63,439 nucleotides of DNA from a virus. Taxonomy: Duplodnaviria > Caudoviricetes. Shown here piece by piece: positions 29,561-39,205 of the stretch. The notes under the pieces were generated by a model that was given only the letters and a program-made list of their open reading frames with translations, was not told the DNA's origin and made no database searches. Made by a program: the position numbers and the translations under genes. Numbering within the stretch: the stretch's first letter is position 1; each line of letters opens with the position of its first letter. The stretch covers positions 1 through 63,439 of IMG/VR virus record IMGVR_UViG_3300036466_000234. One strand, written 5' to 3'.

Positions 29561-30790
29561 TTATTTAAAAAATTGCGACATATCTATTCCCATCTTAGGT
29601 GGGGTAGGTGGTGTTGCCATAGTAGGTGTAGGAGCTGGAATCCTTACCATTCCTTGTGCTTGTTCTAATGTGATAGTTTTAGGTGCAGACACTTTTGAAC
29701 CAAATATATCAGAAGGTTGCACTGTATCTTCTTTAATTCCACCAACAAATAATGGTTGAATCATATAGTTTTTAGTAGTCTTAGGTCTAATACCCCTAGT
29801 CTTTTTAATCTCATCTAGTGAATACTTTACAGGGTCTATTTGATTAAGGAACTTCTCTTGAACTGTTAATGAGTCCACAGTTAACTCCCCACCAACTTGC
29901 TCTCCTTTTACTCTACATACAAATTCAGAAGTGTAATACTTCATAGGTTGCAACTCTTCACCTGTTGGGGTAGAGTTTAATAATGTTTCTACTGTACTAT
30001 AAATTTGTGGATTAGTAACGACATCTAGATCGAGGCTAAACAAATCTTTTGTCTTTACAATCTTATTTATATACTCATTCGCATCATTTCTCTCTTGAAC
30101 AGGAACGAATATGTTAAATGGTATCTTCTTCACAGGTTGGGTAATGAATTTATCATAATCAATAAACTCAGCGGAGTTTTTAATGAAATGTGTTGCTATT
30201 CTTATTTCAAGTTTTTCCTCTTCATTTTCATATGAAGGTCTTATATAAGATGGAGTGAAATTCATTCCAACTTTATCTTTTCCACTATAGTAATTCACAC
30301 TTCCATTAATTGTAAATGTCTTTCCTTTTAATATTTCCATATTCTCTATCATCTTATTCATATAATGAGCATCTGATAGAGTTGCAAAAACTTCTTTTCC
30401 ATCGAATGTAATTTTTCTTTTTAGAAACTCTGCACACCCTTCAACTATCTTAGGGTCAGATGCTAATGATTCATCAATTCTAGATGTTGCAGAGTCATTA
30501 ATGCCTTTATACAGCACAGTTGCCTTTCTATCTACAGAAGCATATGATCTAATCTTGAGATACTCTCTAGCACCATCTGCTTCAACATACATGTTTAGAG
30601 TCGTCTCAGTTCTGTTAGGCTGTCCATCTTTATATGTAACAACTTTCCTAGCATAACCAAAATCAGTTATCTTTTGTGTATTGCCAAAATAATCAGCAGT
30701 TGTTTCCTTTGGTTCTGGTAGTGCATCGTTGAATCCTATCTTTCCCACAAAACTAAAGTTTGAATATAATTTTTCCATTTGAACCTCCAT
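29561..30790 (-). CDS. Putative single-stranded DNA-binding protein
   Basis: FSFVGKI, FTINGSVNY OB-like strands; location in the recombination cluster; low-complexity tail ending FFK. Confidence 0.5.
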   Translation of the reverse strand: MEVQMEKLYSNFSFVGKIGFNDALPEPKETTADYFGNTQKITDFGYARKVVTYKDGQPNRTETTLNMYVEADGAREYLKIRSYASVDRKATVLYKGINDSATSRIDESLASDPKIVEGCAEFLKRKITFDGKEVFATLSDAHYMNKMIENMEILKGKTFTINGSVNYYSGKDKVGMNFTPSYIRPSYENEEEKLEIRIATHFIKNSAEFIDYDKFITQPVKKIPFNIFVPVQERNDANEYINKIVKTKDLFSLDLDVVTNPQIYSTVETLLNSTPTGEELQPMKYYTSEFVCRVKGEQVGGELTVDSLTVQEKFLNQIDPVKYSLDEIKKTRGIRPKTTKNYMIQPLFVGGIKEDTVQPSDIFGSKVSAPKTITLEQAQGMVRIPAPTPTMATPPTPPKMGIDMSQFFK

Positions 30791-30821
30791 TTATTTTTAT
30801 ATATTTATTTCGAACAAGGTA

Positions 30822-30850
30822 ATTATAACACACTCACAATATTATGTCAA
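30822..30850 (-). promoter_or_regulatory. Sigma70-type promoter TTGACA-17-TATAAT
   Basis: Perfect consensus with TG extension. Confidence 0.75.
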
Positions 30851-31318
30851 CTATTTTTTAATTAAATCTCTCACTACTACGAAAATTCCTACAATACCTA
30901 TTGTTGCAATTAGTAATACAATGGGAATCCACATTGGGCTTAATACCCACCACCAAGACCATGTAATATATCCTGTTAGTTTTAATCCTATAAATAATAC
31001 TGTTAATAAACTAGTAAAAATTCTACTCGCACCATTTGATTTGTTTTCTATACCATTCTCCTTTTTTGCATCATCCAATACACATAATAAATCATCCAAA
31101 CTTGCAATACATTTATTTAATTCACCTTTCGTGGCAACTAAGAATTGCAAATACTCCCCTTGAGCCCCTTCCATGCAACTATCTATTTGTGCAACTAATT
31201 CAATATTAATATCCAATTCTGCCTCATATTTTTCTATTTGATAATTACGATAAGACTTTGAATATTTTACTAAAAAAGCACCAACCCACGATTTAATCCA
31301 TACTTTAAACTTGCCCAT
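30851..31318 (-). CDS. Membrane protein
   Basis: LFIGLKLTGYITWSWWWVLSPMWIP motif common in phage membrane proteins. Confidence 0.7.
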   Translation of the reverse strand: MGKFKVWIKSWVGAFLVKYSKSYRNYQIEKYEAELDINIELVAQIDSCMEGAQGEYLQFLVATKGELNKCIASLDDLLCVLDDAKKENGIENKSNGASRIFTSLLTVLFIGLKLTGYITWSWWWVLSPMWIPIVLLIATIGIVGIFVVVRDLIKK

Positions 31319-31329
31319 TATTCCTCCTA

Positions 31330-32616
31330 TTATAAATTTAATTTAACATTAACATACTGCTTATAGTGCTTACATCCATCTTTTTGTCCACAGAGATTCG
31401 TGCAGTAAAAACCCCCATCATTCATTATATCCATAGGCTTATACATAACTTCGGGTTGACCATCTTTACTCTCAATTAATCCCACAGTATCAATTACGTA
31501 ATTTTCCATTTCAGCAAAGATTTCATCTGTCAGTTCATATTTTTCATAATATGGTTGCACATCAAATCCTAAAGCTCTCAGCTCTGTTTTAACGTCATCT
31601 GACAACTTAGACCATAAATTATGTGACTTAAATTCTTCTATGACCTCCTCAGACACATTAGCACCCTTAAAATGCCTTTCCATCTTACTACCTACATCTT
31701 TTCTATCATAAACTATCTTCTTAGGTGTGTCATCAAAACCATACTTTGCTAATATTTGCTCTTTATATTGTAATCCCATTTCAACTAGCTCTGCCTTTTT
31801 TATTCCTTTTAATTCTTTCTCATCAATACCAAATTCTATAAATGCAGATTTGATTTCTTTTGCTGTTAAACTAGAAAACTCTTTATGCCAATTTGAGGGT
31901 AATGTACATTCCACATACTTCATCATATTCCATTGCACATACTTCACAGATACACCTGTTAGTTTAGTATACATATGAGCATAAATTGCTAATTGCCTAC
32001 CATATTTTAATAAATCTTTAGCTTTGAATTTGCTAGATGATTTGTGGTCGGATATTACCACATAAGGATTGCCATTTTCATCTTTATAGCAATATACCTC
32101 ATCTATAAAACCTTGCATGAATATCTTATTTTGTTCTCCACCAAAAACACCGCAAACAAACATTTCTGTTATAATTTTATCAACTTTAGGCAATTCGTAG
32201 TCTTGAAAAAAGCACTCTAGATTGGCAATATATGTAGACTCAATTTTATCACTAGGAAATTTCAACCCTGCTAATTTAGCCTTGTCATAAGCCTTTTTGA
32301 ATTTGGGTAACATTTCTTCTCTAGTTATATTGCCATTTGTATATTCTTCTAATACATCATGGGATATTCCGCCTAAAAAACTATACACATTATCTTTTCC
32401 ACGTTCTCTCAATACATAATTCTTATAATATTCATATTCACATTGATGGATAGAGCCTAGTCTACTATATGAATAACAAATTTTTCCCATATCCTTTGCT
32501 ATATTCTTAAAATCTTTTTCTAATTCACTCCTAACCCTCTTATTCTTTTCCTCTACAACAATAGGTGTAATTGGAATTTGAATAGGTGGGATAGGAGGTA
32601 TAATTATATTATTCAA
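31330..32616 (-). CDS. PD-(D/E)XK exonuclease (RecB/Cas4-like)
   Basis: YSYSRL..C, GGISHDVLE, QGFID, DHKSS, QLAIY, C-terminal C..LC...C. Confidence 0.82.
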   Translation of the reverse strand: MNNIIIPPIPPIQIPITPIVVEEKNKRVRSELEKDFKNIAKDMGKICYSYSRLGSIHQCEYEYYKNYVLRERGKDNVYSFLGGISHDVLEEYTNGNITREEMLPKFKKAYDKAKLAGLKFPSDKIESTYIANLECFFQDYELPKVDKIITEMFVCGVFGGEQNKIFMQGFIDEVYCYKDENGNPYVVISDHKSSSKFKAKDLLKYGRQLAIYAHMYTKLTGVSVKYVQWNMMKYVECTLPSNWHKEFSSLTAKEIKSAFIEFGIDEKELKGIKKAELVEMGLQYKEQILAKYGFDDTPKKIVYDRKDVGSKMERHFKGANVSEEVIEEFKSHNLWSKLSDDVKTELRALGFDVQPYYEKYELTDEIFAEMENYVIDTVGLIESKDGQPEVMYKPMDIMNDGGFYCTNLCGQKDGCKHYKQYVNVKLNL

Positions 32617-32636
32617 AACATACCCCCTTATAAAAA

Positions 32637-32876
32637 CTATATTGTCAATTCATATCTTTCAACATTATCTCCGCAAGTGTCACATCTACCTAAATCTTCA
32701 TATTCGCCATTCATTTCAACTATGCTTGAGATTATAAAAAACAACGTACATCCGTCTACACTATCAATTAATTTATGCAATATTTCTTTTTGTTCGTTAA
32801 AATTGTAATCACAAAGTTCCTTTCCATCAATTTCTAAACTATCATTCATGCAACCTTCAACTCTGACTAATTTCAT
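32637..32876 (-). CDS. Hypothetical protein with CxxC
   Basis: GRCDTCGD; GGGAGG RBS. Confidence 0.55.
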   Translation of the reverse strand: MKLVRVEGCMNDSLEIDGKELCDYNFNEQKEILHKLIDSVDGCTLFFIISSIVEMNGEYEDLGRCDTCGDNVERYELTI

Positions 32877-32904
32877 TTCTACCTCCCCTTATAAATTCCA
32901 AAAT

Positions 32905-33249
32905 TTATAAGCTTTTCAACAGTTCTTCATTTTCGTGAATGTTACCTATAACTTTACAATCCCCTTTTATAAAATCTTTGTAATCTAATCTTCTAGATGT
33001 TTTTATATCGAACGTGACAAACTGTTCATCAAAAATTACTTCACAAATAGCTCCTGTATCAGTTATTAATATATCTCCTTCATATATCTCATTATCATTG
33101 CTATCTTTAATACCTGTATATTGTTCTAAAACATCATCATCTTTAGCGTTGCCATAATATAGGTGACCATTTTCACCTATGTTGTAATAAGGCATTTTAG
33201 AATATTTTTGCATACCAATATCCCACACCCTAAACTTAAATTCCCTCAT
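32905..33249 (-). CDS. YopX family protein
   Basis: MREFKFRVWD, QYTGIKD...EIYEGDI, VIGNIHEN. Confidence 0.9.
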   Translation of the reverse strand: MREFKFRVWDIGMQKYSKMPYYNIGENGHLYYGNAKDDDVLEQYTGIKDSNDNEIYEGDILITDTGAICEVIFDEQFVTFDIKTSRRLDYKDFIKGDCKVIGNIHENEELLKSL

Positions 33250-33285
33250 ATTTTATACCTCCTATATTTGGATCAATTTCTGACT

Positions 33286-33585
33286 TTATACGATCTCAAC
33301 TTTTTCATAAGTCTTTTCAAAAATTTCTGGTTTGCATGGGTATATTTCACCATTCACACCTTTAATTATATAGTCGCCATAGTCGCCTTTCATAATTCCT
33401 TCAAGGGTTTTTATCAAACAGTATGTAGGTCTAAACTCAAAAGGATTCAAACCTCTCTCTGGCATATTATCCGAAAACCTTGTTTCTATATTACACTTAG
33501 TAACTTCATCTTGAAACCAGTCCGGTCTATTTTCTACACCCATTATAAAAGCTTCTACCACTATCGGTTTTTTTCTGTATTTCAC
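33286..33585 (-). CDS. Conserved phage protein (PGDYG-like)
   Basis: YRKKPIVVEA...IKTLEG...GDYIIKGVNGEIYPCKPEIFEKTYE. Confidence 0.8.
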   Translation of the reverse strand: MKYRKKPIVVEAFIMGVENRPDWFQDEVTKCNIETRFSDNMPERGLNPFEFRPTYCLIKTLEGIMKGDYGDYIIKGVNGEIYPCKPEIFEKTYEKVEIV

Positions 33586-33613
33586 AAAACTACCTCCTTA
33601 TAAATTTATCAGT

Positions 33614-34561
33614 TTATCTAACTATACTAATTATACTATCTGACTCTGCATCATAATTGGGATGATTTCTCTTTGCCTCTATTTCATCACTTTCTACTTG
33701 CCAATCATAGCCTTGATCGGGTGTCATACTCATAAAATAATTCACAGCATTGTAAATTTGAACATTTAATCTAACCCCATCAACTTCTATAATCTTACCT
33801 TCCATATCTAGCGTAGCAATTCTACCTTTTTCCGTTACGGTTGTAGGCAGAGCCTTTTCCTCTCTTTTCTGTGGAACTACAATCCCCTTTGCCTTCATTT
33901 CTTCTTGAATAGTTGCATATACAGGGATACTCTCATCTACCACAGGCTTTGATGGAGTTGCAGGAATACCTATGCCTAATTGCTCTAATAAGAAGCTTCT
34001 GTTTTGTGAATGACCAGGATTGTAAATTCCCTCTTCTAACCCTTCATCATCTACTTGAGGTGGGACAACTTCTTGTGTAGGTGTATTTGAGAATATTTCT
34101 TCTTCCTCTTTAGTTAAAACTGTCTCTTCTTTTACTATAATAGGTGCAACTTCTTCTTTATAACCTTGCTCCATTTCCTTTTTCTCTTTTAATAGCTTTT
34201 CCATATCTAGAGTTTTCAATACCTCAATAATTTTATTATCCAAGTCAACTAAAAACTCTTCATATACTTTATCAGATATGCCTTTAATTTGCTTTTTAAT
34301 TTCCTCCATTCTATTAGAATCTCCCGTTTGAAGTGACCTAAAATAATCAACCATGAGCTGTTCTTTGTTTCTTATAACCTCTTCTAAGGCTTCTGATTTA
34401 CTAAGGCACTCTTTATCTATCAAATCATCTACATCCACCTTAGAATCGACCACAGGTTCTTGTGTTACCTTCTCATACACCTCTACACCTTGCTTTTGTA
34501 CCATATAGTTGAAATCTGCATTAAGTTGATCTCCAACTTCTCTCTTTACTCTAATTTCCAT
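33614..34561 (-). CDS. Acidic hypothetical protein
   Basis: Long ORF with GGAGGGG RBS. Confidence 0.6.
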   Translation of the reverse strand: MEIRVKREVGDQLNADFNYMVQKQGVEVYEKVTQEPVVDSKVDVDDLIDKECLSKSEALEEVIRNKEQLMVDYFRSLQTGDSNRMEEIKKQIKGISDKVYEEFLVDLDNKIIEVLKTLDMEKLLKEKKEMEQGYKEEVAPIIVKEETVLTKEEEEIFSNTPTQEVVPPQVDDEGLEEGIYNPGHSQNRSFLLEQLGIGIPATPSKPVVDESIPVYATIQEEMKAKGIVVPQKREEKALPTTVTEKGRIATLDMEGKIIEVDGVRLNVQIYNAVNYFMSMTPDQGYDWQVESDEIEAKRNHPNYDAESDSIISIVR

Positions 34562-34628
34562 TTTTTACCCCTCCGTTTAATTAATTTATATATAGAGAGA
34601 AATAAATTCTCCCTACAATATCAACTAA

Positions 34629-34883
34629 CTAAATCTCAAATTTAGAACCTCTTGCAAATTTAATAACTTCCTTTTGAGGTGTTATAATTTCCTTTCCATT
34701 TAATACACATCTTCTTTCAGCTTGTGTGTCTTTGTAGAATTTACCAAAGCCTGCAAATGCAACTTCCTCGTCTTTGGATACTGCTACAATTAGATTTAGA
34801 ATATTATCTAAATATTGTTTTGCATCCTTTTTAGCTCCACCAAACACCTTTACATACTCGTCAACAAAATCCTTCTTAATCAT
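34629..34883 (-). CDS. hup: HU-family DNA-binding protein
   Basis: VAFAGFGKF...ERR...NGKEIITP...IKF. Confidence 0.85.
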   Translation of the reverse strand: MIKKDFVDEYVKVFGGAKKDAKQYLDNILNLIVAVSKDEEVAFAGFGKFYKDTQAERRCVLNGKEIITPQKEVIKFARGSKFEI

Positions 34884-34915
34884 TTATTCCTCCCTAGTTT
34901 TATTGTTATGAATGT

Positions 34916-34944
34916 ATTATATCATAGTTGTGAAAGTTTGTCAA
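34916..34944 (-). promoter_or_regulatory. Sigma70-type promoter TTGACA-17-TATAAT
   Basis: Perfect consensus. Confidence 0.7.
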
Positions 34945-36663
34945 TTACTTTTTAATGTATTGTAAATCTACTAATAAATCATATATAAATTTCTTACCTT
35001 TTTCTGTCCATTGAGTATTCTTATATAAAGTTCCTATATCATTGGCATAGCTTTTTTCTTTGGTGTATCCAAGTCCCACATATGGTGCAGTCAATACCCA
35101 TTGTCCACCAACCTTATATAAAACTTTCGCATCTTTTAATATTCTATTTAAAGACGTGGCAGATGAAATTCCTAAGCTTTTAGCAACTTGAGTTGTTGTC
35201 ATAGAGCCATTATAATCTAATACTTCATTATAATACTCAACCTTGGGCTTTTGAATTTCCAATGTATCTTCTGCTAATTTCTTTTCTATTGCAATCCTCT
35301 TATTTTCTAATTCTAATTTTCTTCTTTCTTCACGCTCTTCTTTTAATTTTGTAGCAACTTGAATCAATAAGTCTGGATTATTTAATAATTCATCCGTTGC
35401 GTACATACCATTCTTTCTGATATCCTTTAAAATTGATTTAACTTGCTTTTTAAATTGTTTTGCTATCGACTTCCTACTTGACATTAACACTTCATACAAA
35501 CCTTCTTCTGTCAAAAACCACATTTCACGATTTTGACCTGAGTGCGATACTATCGCCTTCAGCTTTTCATCTTCATCAACGTTATTTATTAATTCAGATG
35601 ATTTGTTGTGTTCTATCCACTCAGATACATCTTTTGCTAAGAATAATGGATTTTCCACATCACCATAAATTTTAAAATCCTTACCTAGCACTTCTCTTTG
35701 TTCTATTATCGTTAATTCCATCTGTTCCTCCTCATTTATATTATTAATCTTTTCTTTGATTTCTACACTAATATCTTCTTTTTTAATAAGCCTTTCCCTT
35801 TCTGTTTTTATTAATTCTTTATTCCTATGTTTAAAGTCATAAATATAATTACCATAATGCTTATCTATTATTTCAAAAACTCCATATATATTAATAAGTT
35901 TAGTTTTTTGAGTTTGCCTGTTTTTTACTTTAGTGTGGCACTCATATATATTATCTTTAGAAACTACACTTCTTAAATTCGTAGTTGAATTCCTTGAGTA
36001 ACCAAAAATTGTACAAATATCTGGCGTGTTGTACCATTTATTATTATTTATAGTATACGTCATGATATCCACGTCAAATAATTTTGTTATATTATAATCA
36101 TATACTTCTTTAATGCTTTCCTCTTCGCCATTACTAATAATACCTTCTTTCTCATAATCGCACTCATCTTTGCCCGAAAGCACAGCTTTGAAGAATCTCT
36201 TATTGTTTGGATCATTTGGATTGTATATATCCGCCTCAATCTCTCCGCCTCTAATTTTTTTTATGTTTTCTAGTGAATATTTAATAGGATCGATTTTATA
36301 CATCATTTCTTCTTGGAATGTTAATTCCATTCTGTTGTTTAATAACCGTTCCCTCTCTAGCTCTATTAACATTTTATTATATTTTCTAAAATTAAAAATA
36401 TCCCATCCTTCATAATAGTCTACCAATTCAAATATCCCTTCATTATTTATAAGCGTTAATATCATACCTTTCTCTTTTTTATTTACCGATACTTTTTTCT
36501 TTATCGTGTTGATATTTGAAATTTTGCTACTCACATAAGTAACGTTTACAGATTTCATTCCTAGATTTTCACAAATATCTTTAAGCTTATACCATCTCTT
36601 ACCATTCATTTCATAATATTCTACACATTTGTCAAATAATTCTGTTTTTCCCATTAATTCCAT
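34945..36663 (-). CDS. Multi-BRO-domain antirepressor with C-terminal KilAC (ANT) domain
   Basis: PLFLAKDV...MWFLTEEGLYE...IRKNGMY; PKVEYY...TTQVAK...TQWTEKGKKFI. Confidence 0.85.
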   Translation of the reverse strand: MELMGKTELFDKCVEYYEMNGKRWYKLKDICENLGMKSVNVTYVSSKISNINTIKKKVSVNKKEKGMILTLINNEGIFELVDYYEGWDIFNFRKYNKMLIELERERLLNNRMELTFQEEMMYKIDPIKYSLENIKKIRGGEIEADIYNPNDPNNKRFFKAVLSGKDECDYEKEGIISNGEEESIKEVYDYNITKLFDVDIMTYTINNNKWYNTPDICTIFGYSRNSTTNLRSVVSKDNIYECHTKVKNRQTQKTKLINIYGVFEIIDKHYGNYIYDFKHRNKELIKTERERLIKKEDISVEIKEKINNINEEEQMELTIIEQREVLGKDFKIYGDVENPLFLAKDVSEWIEHNKSSELINNVDEDEKLKAIVSHSGQNREMWFLTEEGLYEVLMSSRKSIAKQFKKQVKSILKDIRKNGMYATDELLNNPDLLIQVATKLKEEREERRKLELENKRIAIEKKLAEDTLEIQKPKVEYYNEVLDYNGSMTTTQVAKSLGISSATSLNRILKDAKVLYKVGGQWVLTAPYVGLGYTKEKSYANDIGTLYKNTQWTEKGKKFIYDLLVDLQYIKK

Positions 36664-36745
36664 TCTACCAACTCCCTTATACTAATTCGTCTACGTCACA
36701 AAATTTAATTAAAAATTTAGTCAAGTGTTTATTTAATCTATAACT

Positions 36746-36774
36746 ATTATACACAATCTATTCCACCTTGTCAA
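36746..36774 (-). promoter_or_regulatory. Sigma70-type promoter TTGACA-17-TATAAT
   Basis: Perfect consensus. Confidence 0.7.
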
Positions 36775-37119
36775 CTATATTTCTCCTAAATATATAAATT
36801 CAATTCCATTAGCTATGCAAAACTCTTCTAACAATCCTACTAATATATTCCTATGGCAGAATTTACCTAGATCACAGTAACAAGCTAATGACACTACATT
36901 TCTATTGCACAATTCTAGCCATACTTGTTTATTATCTATCATACTTTGTTTCATCTTATTAATGTATAGATATGCAAATTCCTCTTCTGTTATAATATTC
37001 ATTTTTTTATTCCATACCATTTGCCATGTAGGGGAGAATCGTTCATCTCCACTCTTAATCGTAACATCTTTATATCCATTGGCTGTATAATTGAATATGT
37101 GGGTTGTGTAGACTAGCAT
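36775..37119 (-). CDS. DUF488-like protein
   Basis: FSPTW...LACYC...FCHRNIL. Confidence 0.65.
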   Translation of the reverse strand: MLVYTTHIFNYTANGYKDVTIKSGDERFSPTWQMVWNKKMNIITEEEFAYLYINKMKQSMIDNKQVWLELCNRNVVSLACYCDLGKFCHRNILVGLLEEFCIANGIEFIYLGEI

Positions 37120-37131
37120 TTCATTCCTCCT

Positions 37132-37458
37132 TTAAAATGGGAACTCTTCATCATTTCCATATCTATTAGTTTCATAATTATATTTAGATTCATTCTCAGC
37201 CAAGATATCTTCTTCTGATTGTGGTTGTTTATACTCGGCTAATGCTAACTTTAGTATCTTATTACTCACATCCTTAGTCATAAATACGTGTGGTATATAT
37301 TTATCTTCAAGTTTATAGGATGGCGGTGCTATAAAATAATTACCCTTTTTACTTTTCATTAGTGAGAAATTATTGACAGAAAAACCACTTTCTATATTGA
37401 GTGAGAATTTTGCTATGATGTAGCCTTTGTTGATTAATTTGAAGAATTGTATTTTCAT
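37132..37458 (-). CDS. SpoVG-like nucleic-acid-binding protein with acidic EEFPF tail
   Basis: FSVNNFSLMKSKKGNYFIAPPS. Confidence 0.6.
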   Translation of the reverse strand: MKIQFFKLINKGYIIAKFSLNIESGFSVNNFSLMKSKKGNYFIAPPSYKLEDKYIPHVFMTKDVSNKILKLALAEYKQPQSEEDILAENESKYNYETNRYGNDEEFPF

Positions 37459-37825
37459 TTCTTTCCTCCTGTAAGTTATTTTTCATATTTTGCAAATAAT
37501 TCGCCATTTTATCAACGCTACTAAATTCAATACTATCATCTAAACTTACACCATAGGCTGAACAATAAGATTGCACAAGGCTTTTTGGTAGCTTTCTATT
37601 ACTTTTCTTATTGTGCTTTTTCATATGGCATTTTCTACACAAAGTTTGTAAATCTTCCATTTGTTCATCACTTTGATTATCATAGTTCAAATGATGGATT
37701 TGCAATTCTTCATTACTACCACACATTTCACATACAGGATTAAATTTCAATTTTTCCTCTCTCTTGCTTTGCCAATGATCTGATTTTAAATATATATTTC
37801 TGTACCACTTTTGTCTGTCGGTCAT
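37370..37825 (-). CDS. HNH endonuclease
   Basis: YLKSDHW..KR...CEMCG...QIHHLNY...LQTLCRKCH. Confidence 0.85.
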   Translation of the reverse strand: MTDRQKWYRNIYLKSDHWQSKREEKLKFNPVCEMCGSNEELQIHHLNYDNQSDEQMEDLQTLCRKCHMKKHNKKSNRKLPKSLVQSYCSAYGVSLDDSIEFSSVDKMANYLQNMKNNLQEERNENTILQINQQRLHHSKILTQYRKWFFCQ

Positions 37826-37826
37826 G

Positions 37827-38618
37827 CTATTTTACTCCCCCTTTTAATACTTCGAATTTAATTATATATTTATATTTTCCATCTATTTTTTTAGAAGCTC
37901 TGGTTTGTTCAATCTCTACATTTAATATATTTCTATCCTTTAATTTCGTGATTGCATTATCTAATGCACCAATTCTAAATGCTCCCATATTTTTATATGA
38001 TACATCAAAAAAATTTTGAATATATTCATAACCTACAGCACAAGTATTGTTATTTCCTCTCCATAAATAATATAATTCATATAATCTAATTTGATGCCTA
38101 GTTAAATTATATCTTTTCCCATATATCCAAGGTGGTATAAATACAACACTACCATCTTTTTTGTTTTCTATATCTATTATTGCACTTTTTATTAATGGTG
38201 CATCAATCAAAATATCAATATATTCTTTCTCATATTTATATTTTATTGTAGATAACACTAAGGCTTTAGTACATTCTTTTTCATCATCGTGATATTTAAT
38301 CCAAGCTTCACTTTGAATTTTATTAATAGCATCATCAATATTATTAAAGTTTTTTGTATAATTTGGGTTATCGTGCATATATTCAAAAACCTCTTCTATT
38401 GAACATCTTATACCTAAAACTTCTTGTTCTTTACCAAGCAATACCATTTTAGTTTCTATAAAATCATGAGACTTATTTGCTAAAGCCAATTCCCTGTTTT
38501 TATAGAATTTATCTAATACAAAGATTCCATATCTAACCTCTAATGGGTTTAGCTTTACCGACCTATCTAAAATTGCATCTTTTTTAAATGGTATTGTATC
38601 ATATTTTTTTTTAGCCAT
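37827..38618 (-). CDS. Second Rep_3-like replication initiator
   Basis: HQIRLYELY...YIQNFFDVSYKNMGAFRIGALDNAITKL...IKFEV; iteron-like repeats directly upstream. Confidence 0.7.
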   Translation of the reverse strand: MAKKKYDTIPFKKDAILDRSVKLNPLEVRYGIFVLDKFYKNRELALANKSHDFIETKMVLLGKEQEVLGIRCSIEEVFEYMHDNPNYTKNFNNIDDAINKIQSEAWIKYHDDEKECTKALVLSTIKYKYEKEYIDILIDAPLIKSAIIDIENKKDGSVVFIPPWIYGKRYNLTRHQIRLYELYYLWRGNNNTCAVGYEYIQNFFDVSYKNMGAFRIGALDNAITKLKDRNILNVEIEQTRASKKIDGKYKYIIKFEVLKGGVK

Positions 38619-38648
38619 ATTTTCCTCCTTAAAAATTAACATATTGCT

Positions 38649-38677
38649 ATTATAACACAATCACAAATGAAAGTCAA
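38649..38677 (-). promoter_or_regulatory. Promoter of the second rep gene, TTGACT-17-TATAAT
   Basis: Consensus; lies next to the repeat array. Confidence 0.75.
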
Positions 38678-38940
38678 CTACTTTCTACTTTACTTTACCT
38701 TCGTAGAAACACCTTTACTTTCATTACTAGAAACACCTTTACTTTGAAGCTGACTTTACCTTTACTTTCCACTAAAAACACCTTTACTTTCCTTTTAATA
38801 AATTTACACTCTTATGTATGCGGATTACAGGCTTCTAGCCATACAGGAAAATTCCTTAATATACTCTTTAGCATACTTAAACCTTTTAATATACTTAAAC
38901 CTTTTTTAACATATATCGTATATTATATAAATATAATATA
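38678..38940. repeat. Iteron-like array (core ACCTTTACTTT x4, 22-24 bp spacing) followed by ATACTTAAACCTTTT repeats and an AT-rich tract; candidate origin
   Basis: Cores at 38711, 38735, 38758 and 38780; located at the switch of coding strand. Confidence 0.8.
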
Positions 38941-38994
38941 CTCTTGTCTAGCGACCCCCCGACCAAACCCCTTTTGCTAATTTGAATTTTACAC

Positions 38995-39023
38995 TTGACA
39001 TTTCCTCACAGCTATGATACTAT
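38995..39023 (+). promoter_or_regulatory. Rightward promoter TTGACA-17-TACTAT
   Basis: Consensus -35 and extended -10; start of the plus-strand arm. Confidence 0.6.
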
Positions 39024-39205
39024 ACTGACAGGTAGATGAATATGGTTAGACAAGTATACCGTTCTACGAATATTCTGAAAATATGATGTAGTGTTAGAAA
39101 TAAGCAATTTAATAGTCTGAGTGGTATAAGTTATAGCAAAGTTGTTTGAAATGTCTCTGTGGAAACGTGAGGGGTATCAGAATTGATATTAGAGGAGAGT
39201 GAAGG

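Noticed and set aside
31330-32616. Cas4 as evidence of a CRISPR system
   Set aside because: Stand-alone PD-(D/E)XK exonuclease in a recombination cluster; no array or other cas genes.
38744-38980. ORF across the repeat array
   Set aside because: Low-complexity translation of the repeats with no RBS.
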